DNA of 64,000 nt from Octopus vulgaris (Eukaryota): contig OX597829.1 of NCBI GenBank assembly GCA_951406725.2, positions 26,350,001 through 26,414,000 on the forward strand, written 5' to 3'. The translations under genes and the position numbers were made by a program. Under the pieces are notes generated by a model. It was given only the letters and a program-made list of their open reading frames with translations. It was not told the DNA's origin and searched no databases. Every line of letters begins with the position of its first letter. Position 1 is the first letter of the stretch. Shown piece after piece: positions 52,570 to 64,000 of this stretch.

Positions 52570-55500
52570 AATGCTTGTACTTATTAAGAGATTACGGTGT
52601 TAAGAGACTGAGAGGATATTAAAAAGCTCAAGTCCTTCTTCTAAAAGTACAATTTTGGGACGTTAATGCTGAATGATTTTAACTTTGCCGGCGTGAACTG
52701 AAACCATGAGGAATAGCTACTTTTCTCCATGATTTCTTTACCATCGATACAAAGTCCATAATTTTGCAGTACGATGGGGTGCTGAAAAGTTCCTGGCTTT
52801 TGGTAAGAAAGTACAGGAGGATCAGCTAATTATGATTTTTCTCAACATATTCTCTTAGAATCATAGTTTTTCTAATCCATGTAAAAATACTCTGAAGGTT
52901 GGGCCGCCAACCAGGCCTTTCGCGACACCCTTAAGACCAGCACCCCCTCGCAGTTACAGTGGATCTGTGTTGCGTCTGTATAACATAGTCGTTCTCTACA
53001 GGCCTCTCTACAAAGTCCCTCTACAAAGCACTGCTTTGTCTTCCCTCTTTTGGTCAACTCCTGGAACCTAAAAGATCTCGAAGAGATCAATAATAACGCA
53101 AAAACAATTCATAGAAATGGGAACGTTTTATACAATCATTTGGTTTCCTAAAGTAGTACCTCTACAGTGCTTTGAAGTGTGCCTCAAAAACTCGAGCCTT
53201 TTCTCCTAAAGTACAGCTGTAGGGGCATATTACTGTTGGGTGAACTGACCCAGAAAAACCCTGAAACCAAGTAAATGTATCTCAACACCAGGCACAGAAA
53301 CACCCGAACTGCTCTTTAATTTCATGTATGATTTTTTCAACCCCCAACTTGTGGTTGAACTAGCTAGGCAAAACAAAAATTTTGGTGTTGATATAAATAA
53401 ATAGTTCAGTTGTTGACATTTCAGTCGAGAAAATACTTTTTGCTGTCCATGACATACTCCTTAATAATCTTAGTTTCTAACATGCCAAGATCAAACCAAT
53501 CACTCTTATCCCAACGCATGAATTTGGTAATACAGCATGAATCTTTATAAAGAAAACTGGGGAGCAATTAGACAAGGTTTATCGTTTATCGTTTGGCCTT
53601 TCACTTATAATTTCTAATAGCATTGAAAGTTAGAAGTCACCAATATATGCCCGAAACTGAAGCCAAACCAGTCACTCTTACCCCAACGCATGCATTTGAT
53701 AACACAACAGAAATCTTGACAAAAGACTGGGGAGCAGTCAAATATCTGTCGCTTATTGACTGGTCTTTCACTCTGACATGGAAGCAAATTGGCCAGAGGT
53801 TTGAGGAAACATTGTTACTTATATACACTCAAAAATATGCCTACATAAAACTCATTAGCAAAAATGCAACTCATGCACATGTAGGCCCTCAATAGAGAGA
53901 GAGAGAAAACAGAACCACTTGGCAGGAAAATTAAAAGACTTGATAAAAAATATCAGTCAATTAAAATACTATCAACAGTAACTACAATCACAGCAATAAG
54001 GACATTTGAGTAGGTAAATTATCATCTGCAGAACAGCATGAAAACATGCATCAACAACCAAAGGGTTGTAGAGAAAACAGTTATTAAAAAAAATAAAATA
54101 ACACAACCCAAAAGTATTCTATTCATTTGTTAACAAGCATGGGACCAATGTTTTACCCATTGATCCACTGACAGCATTCTCTACCATGCTTCAAAAGAAT
54201 CGTCAGAGATTTTACAGAAACAATATTTTCCCGACTTTTGTGATCTCACTGAAGTTGACTTATGTTATTTCAATAAAATCAACTTGCAGCATATCATCTC
54301 TGACACAACTTTCATTGCCTCAGACATCCTTGTAGCAATAACGAAAGCGAACATTATTTAGATAGGTTCTCTACAAGTATCCTGAAGGAAGGCTGACACC
54401 AACTTGTATTCCCTCTAATCAACCTCTGGAGAAAATCTTTATACCAAAATACTTCTTAACTATCTCCCAATTTCACTCATTTCTCGTATCATCAACGTAT
54501 TTGAAAGAGTAAAGGTACAAGAGTAACTGGCTTCCTGGAGTGTAACTGTCTCTTTAATTCCAACCAGCATGCTTCTCGTTGTGGGGGAGACTGCCTGACA
54601 CAGCTCTTGCATCACATTGATGATATCCTTAATGTTCTGGGAAAGGACTCAATACTGATGTTATATATATCTTGACTTCAGCAAAACCTTTGACAGAGTC
54701 GACTACAAGAACCTACTATTAAAATTGTCCAAAAGTCGAATCCGTGGAAAACTGCTCATTGAACTAGCTATTTGCTGGTTAGGATTAAGGTTAGCATTAG
54801 CCTTAACTTTAATAGGAAATAACATGTGACCGAAGGAATCCATTCAAACCTAGAAGAAGTCAATTGTGGTGTTCCCCATGGGATTGTTTTGAACCCACTC
54901 CTTTTCATGATGTATATAAACGACATCTCAAATATCACCAAACACAGCAAAGCAAAAACGTTTGCAGATGACTCCAAACTTCAAAGACTTAATAGTCGAA
55001 AAGAAAATCGAACAAAACGCCAGTCTGATCTGCATGTTGTAAGTCAATTAGCAGACAGAAACAACATGCTGTTAAATGAGGGAAATTTTGAACTCCTGCA
55101 TTTGCAAAATGAGATTGCCCTCAAACAACCATACCCTCTTCCTCCGGGAAAACCACTCATGGTATCCAGTAATATCAGAGACATTGGAGTAATTGTTGAC
55201 AACAATCTCAGCTGGAACACTCACACCAACAATGAAGTTGATATGGGTCACCGGATGAGCTTCTGAATTCTCAGAACTTTCCGGACCAGAGAGCCAGATG
55301 TCAAAATCACCCCCTTTTCTCCTCATTTGTACGGTCACACCTAGAATTATTTTGCCCCTTGTGATTCCCACCCCATACAAAACAAAACATTATGAGAACT
55401 GGGTCATCCCAAAGAGTAATTACAAAGAATATATAAGCGAATCGCATGACAGATATTAAGGCCCGCCTTAAAACATTACAACTCTATTCTCTTTAGCTTC

Positions 55501-55650
55501 ATCGGGATCCCTTCATTATTTATACACCATGGATAATACACTACCAGCATTATCTAAACGACATTAATATCAACTTCACAAGTCATCCAAGGTTATGAAA
55601 CTCTGTATCATATGCCCCTTCACAATTCAGGCTCACACCACATATTTACG
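52570..55650 (+). mobile_element. CR1/L2-group LINE ORF2 relic (APE remnant plus RT), interrupted near 52770-53400
   Basis: LNDFNFAGVN (GDFN-like), LDFSKTFDRVD, CGVPHGIVLNPLLFMMYINDI, FADDSKL, IRDIGVIVDNNLSWNTH, VRSHLE. Confidence 0.85.
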
Positions 55651-56442
55651 TTGCAACACAACTATTTTCCTATTTTCCTCAATAAGTCCCGCTCTAATTA
55701 ATATTAAACTAATACAACCTTGACATTGAACCCCAACACTTAACCTAAATCTATTACCTACACTAAAGCTAACTCTAAACTTGCCTCTCTGAGTGGACCA
55801 TCTATTGCAACAGAGAGGCAATATTCTTGATGCAGTGACGTTGGATTGACTCGAGTTCTGCTGTTAGTTGTTTTGTGGTAACCATATTTGGAAGTAGAAA
55901 TCCATGTAACTAAGAAGGAACAGTTTTCTTATACCAACCGGCCAGTCGCCTGCAAAACAAACACTCCCTATTTAGTATGTACACATACACACACGTACAC
56001 ACACGCGCGCGTTCACATCCACACACACACAATCAACAGGTGAGGTCTAGAGATACTCAATATAAAAATACGTAGTAATGTTCAAATAATTTCAACATAA
56101 ATTCTGAGTCTTTATCGAGGACTAAGTCTGCGGAGTAAAGAGTGGCTACAAGAAAAATCCGGGTGAGCCGATTTGGAGATGATGATGAGGATAAACACGA
56201 TGTATGTAAATATACATGCATATATGCACATAGATTAAATATACTGATAAACACATATGTACAAGTATACAGATATTTATATACATTTTGACAAATAATT
56301 TACTTTTACAGGACTATAAAAAATACACAAAACTAAGGGGAAAAATAGTTTTAAACTCGACAGCTTTTCCGAAATCTCAGAGATACGTAATAGCCGTAAA
56401 TTTCATAATTATCACATGGAATGTGCAAACAGTCATGGATAA

Positions 56443-56500
56443 GCAACAACTAGATGGTTTCAGGTATTACCGTAAGACCGGCTTCCTTCATCAGGAAGGA
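56443..56500 (-). ncRNA. Hammerhead-like relic
   Basis: CUGAUGA agg...ccu GAAA CCAUCUAG UU; core and helix II intact, helix I not pairing. Confidence 0.4.
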
Positions 56501-56560
56501 AATTTAGCTAATAGTTATTTCAAAGCCGCTGCATATATATATATAAATATATATATACAT

Positions 56561-56647
<87 letters not shown>

Positions 56648-56654
56648 TACACAC

Positions 56655-56720
<66 letters not shown>

Positions 56721-56785
56721 AATAACATATGCATATATACATACGTATATGTACGTACTTATATTTACACGTATACACACACACT

Positions 56786-56822
<37 letters not shown>

Positions 56823-57019
56823 TCTTAAGTGGGCACAGGGCGTCATAAAGCGTGTACAAAAAAATACGAAGTATGAGTACATAGAATATGAACTATTGTT
56901 TTGAACAACGAAAGGCACAAATAGAAAACAAGGCAAATAACATAAAGAACGACCCTTCATCAGTTGTTGGCTGCTTTTCTACTCTCACATTTCGAACACA
57001 CACTTATATGTTGTGTGTG

Positions 57020-57180
57020 TACAACGGTTTTCTTTCAGTTTCCGCCAAAGGATCCACTCACAAGCCTTTCATCGTGGCTTTAGTAGAAGACGTTTGCTCA
57101 AGGTGCCATGCGATAGAATTGTACCCTGAACCAAGTGGTTGGGAAGCAAGCTTCTTATCACACAGCCACGCCTGCGCCTA
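57020..57180 (-). mobile_element. SINE family A, 5' half, degenerate (another at ~52425-52580)
   Basis: Reverse complement of the head region. Confidence 0.7.
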
Positions 57181-57724
57181 TATATAAATGGCTTATAAAA
57201 ACGTTCCAAGCTGCAATTATATATATATATGTGTGTGTGTATATATGTGTATATTTATATGTATATGTGTGTACACACACACACGCATATATAAACGTAT
57301 ATATATAGAGATATTTTAGATGTTTATTCCTTAAGAGAGAATATCTACATAATATATATATATATACATATTTATAATTTATGTAGATATGCACATATAT
57401 ATGCGCAATATATATTACATATATTACGCATATATTATAAATACACACGCACACACACACACACACACAGACACATATATATATACACACACACACACAA
57501 TTTAAATACGCGTATACATACACATGCGTAAATATATATGCACGGAAACATTCGAGCTTACTCTCTCCCTCTGATATTATTTCCCTACCCAACCACTCTA
57601 CTCTCTCTACAAACACATACATAAATGCACGCGCGTTCACACACACACACACACACACACACACATGCACACACACACACACGCACACACACATACAGAC
57701 TCGCAGAAATCAGCCCAAACCCAC

Positions 57725-58080
57725 ATATCATCATCATCACCAAAGCCACAGCCGCCGTCGAACCCACCCCACCCCCACCACCACCACCACCACCACCACC
57801 ACCTCCACCACCACCACAACCACAGATTACAACACCATTCTCCCATCACTACCCTTCACCATCGCTGCCGTCACTATCACCACCATCGCTTGCCACCACT
57901 AGAACCATCGCCGCCACCTAGTTCCCCACAGCCGCCACTACAAGCAACGTTAATGTCGCCGCCACCCTCATCGACTCAGCCGCCATCACAAACAGACCAC
58001 CACAAACACACCACCACTACTACACAACACTACCCCCACCACTACAAGCATCGTAGTCGCCGCCAACACCACTACCACCT
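57725..58080. repeat. (CAC)/(GCC)-rich low-complexity tract (similar tract at 52100-52245)
   Basis: Directly visible degenerate trinucleotide repeats. Confidence 0.8.
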
Positions 58081-58399
58081 CGTGGGTGTAGATGCATCAG
58101 GGGGGAATAACTCCGGGATACCTCGCTTCAGCTCACAATCTCTTCCCTTCTTGACGCAGACAGGACGTCCCATACAGAGTGTGAGACACACACAGGCACG
58201 CTGTTATAGGTACCCACTGTGTGTATATAGCAAGGTATATATAGTACACGCACGATCACACATACATGCACACAAATACATATACAAACACACAGACACA
58301 TACACACACATGCACAAGCATTTTTAGAGAGATACATATTTATGGGTAAGCTTTGGTGTAAGAGCAGTTTATACATACATGTCAGAAATCTATGTGTAT

Positions 58400-61750
<3,351 letters not shown>

Positions 61751-61757
61751 TATATAT

Positions 61758-61883
61758 GTGGCTATTTAGTTCCTGGTCCAGTCACACTGCGTGGTACCTT
61801 GGGAAAGTGTCTTCTAGTATAGTCTCGGGTTGACCACAAACTTGTGAGTGGATTTGGTTAAAGCAAACTGAAAGAAGCCCGTC

Positions 61884-61955
<72 letters not shown>

Positions 61956-62195
61956 GTGTGTATATATATATGTATATACGTGTTTGTGTATATGTTTGTG
62001 TGTCTGTGTTTGTCCCCTAATATCGCTTGACAACCGATATTGGTGTATTTCCGTCTCAGTACCTTAGCGGTTCGCAAACGAGACCGATAGAATAAATACT
62101 AGCCTTACAAAGAATAAGTAGGTTTATTCGACTAAATGCGGTGCTCGAGCATGGCCGCAGTCAAATGACTAAAACAAATAAAGGAATAAAAGAAG
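61758..62195 (+). mobile_element. SINE family A
   Basis: Homology with a long internal (TA)n. Confidence 0.8.
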
Positions 62196-62256
62196 AATAT
62201 ATATACAGACATACACACACATATATACATATATATGTATGTGTGTGTGTGTGTGC

Positions 62257-62325
<69 letters not shown>

Positions 62326-62529
62326 CACACATACACACATATATATTGAGATGCATTGGTCATCAGATTTTTCTTGGTCCGGTTCTTTATGGCAGTCATC
62401 TAATTTATTGTGGTTAAAGGCACAGTTAATTTCTTGTGGATGACTCTACCCGCATTTTCCCCCCGTTTAAGATAATATCGATTCAATGCATACTGATAAA
62501 TCTATGTACTAATATAAATATAATATAAA

Positions 62530-62652
62530 AACATGGTACGGTGTTCAGTCCGGCTGTATTACACATTGGGCAAGTGTCTTCTACTATATGCACGGGCCGA
62601 CCAGAAGCCTTGTGAGTGGATTTGGAAGACGGAAACTGAAAGAAGCCCGTCG

Positions 62653-62721
<69 letters not shown>

Positions 62722-62925
62722 GTGCGCATATTTGTGTTTGTCCCCAACCCCAACCGATGTTGGTGTGTTTACGTCCCCGTAATTTAGTGGTTCGGTAAAA
62801 GAAAATGATAGAATAAGTACGAGGCTTACAAAAAAAAAAAAGTCCGAAGATCGACTTTTTTTTTTTTTACTAAAAGCAGTACTCCAGCATGGCCGCAGTC
62901 AAATGATTGAAACAAGTAAAAGAAT
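62530..62925 (+). mobile_element. SINE family A
   Basis: Homology with an internal (CA)n. Confidence 0.8.
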
Positions 62926-63016
62926 AAAATAGTATATTCATATACACACACATACATACTTGTGTCTTTCTTTGTCTTTCGACGCCTGTCTTTTATTATA
63001 CTCAAAATCATAAATA

Positions 63017-63222
63017 CAGGATTGGCCAAAAGTCACCTGACAGTAAAACAAAACCTTTTAATTCCAAGATCAATTTATGTTTATTACAAATTTATGTTAA
63101 GCACAACATGCTCTCAGTAAAAGCATCTAAATATTCATATTTGGAATGAATAAATAAAATTGAATATTAAGTATTTATGGAATTTTTATTTACAGTTGGG
63201 TGACTTATGTGTACACGTATGT
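63017..63222. mobile_element. Tc1/mariner-type MITE (~200 bp)
   Basis: TA-cagg..aaaagtcacctgacagtaaa versus tttacagttgggtgacttatg..tg-TA imperfect TIRs around an AT-rich core. Confidence 0.5.
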
Positions 63223-63260
63223 ATATGTATATATGTATATATGTATATATGTATATATAT

Positions 63261-63324
<64 letters not shown>

Positions 63325-63557
63325 GTATTTATAAATAAATTGACATACACACACACACATAAAATACAAAATGGGACAAGAGCGCAAAACATCTAGACAG
63401 TTAATATATATATATATATTATTAATATATATATATATGCATATATATATATATATATATACACATATATATACATATATGTTGATAGATAGATAGATAT
63501 ATATACACATATACATATATACATATACCTATATATACATATATACATATATACACA

Positions 63558-63621
<64 letters not shown>

Positions 63622-63797
63622 AATATACATACATACAGCTATCTTGCTATCAATCAATATACTGATTGGTAACGTTTATGTGTGTACAGAACACGTGGCC
63701 TCGAAAGTAGAGTGTCGAATCCCTAGCGAACTGTGTGTTGTTTTCTTCAGCAAAGCACTTCATTTGGTTTGCTCTGCATACATATATGCATATTTAC

Positions 63798-63897
<100 letters not shown>

Positions 63898-64000
63898 GAT
63901 ATATATGGGGTATATATGCCTGGTGTTTAGCATGAAGCACTTCCACAGATATCGGCATTCAGCGCATTTAAAAATCGGGAGCTTTTCCACACAACTACTC

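Noticed and set aside
57625-58327. Poly-Pro/poly-His ORFs as host exons (also 52055-52377)
   Set aside because: Derived from (CAC)n/(GCC)n repeats, open in several frames, with no domain or splice evidence.

Overview
AT-rich, microsatellite-saturated eukaryotic DNA with no recognisable host gene. The SINE set and (AT)n/(AC)n/(ATAC)n density suggest an octopus (coleoid cephalopod) genome; this is inference from recognition, not a database result. Almost all ORFs in the track are microsatellite translation artefacts. The window holds decayed transposons: Gypsy 3' end, a complete TIR/TSD-bounded Merlin, Tigger/pogo, several Tc1/mariner, a mini-Helitron, CR1/L2, CRE and Tx1-like LINE pieces, four Penelope-like (GIY-YIG) pieces and about 20 copies of one tRNA-derived SINE. 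The main signal is hammerhead ribozymes (HHRs). At 20057-22885 a near-identical ~492-bp unit forms a divergent array (~3.6 copies on -, 2 on +). Each unit carries an intact-looking type I HHR with an unusually long helix II, so it is a candidate non-LTR retrozyme or Penelope pLTR circular-RNA element. It sits in the internal (AT)n of a locally duplicated SINE segment whose empty paralog is ~1 kb away. About a dozen further HHR or HHR-like motifs and many foldback palindromes are scattered through the window. All coordinates were read by eye and the ends of degenerate elements are approximate.
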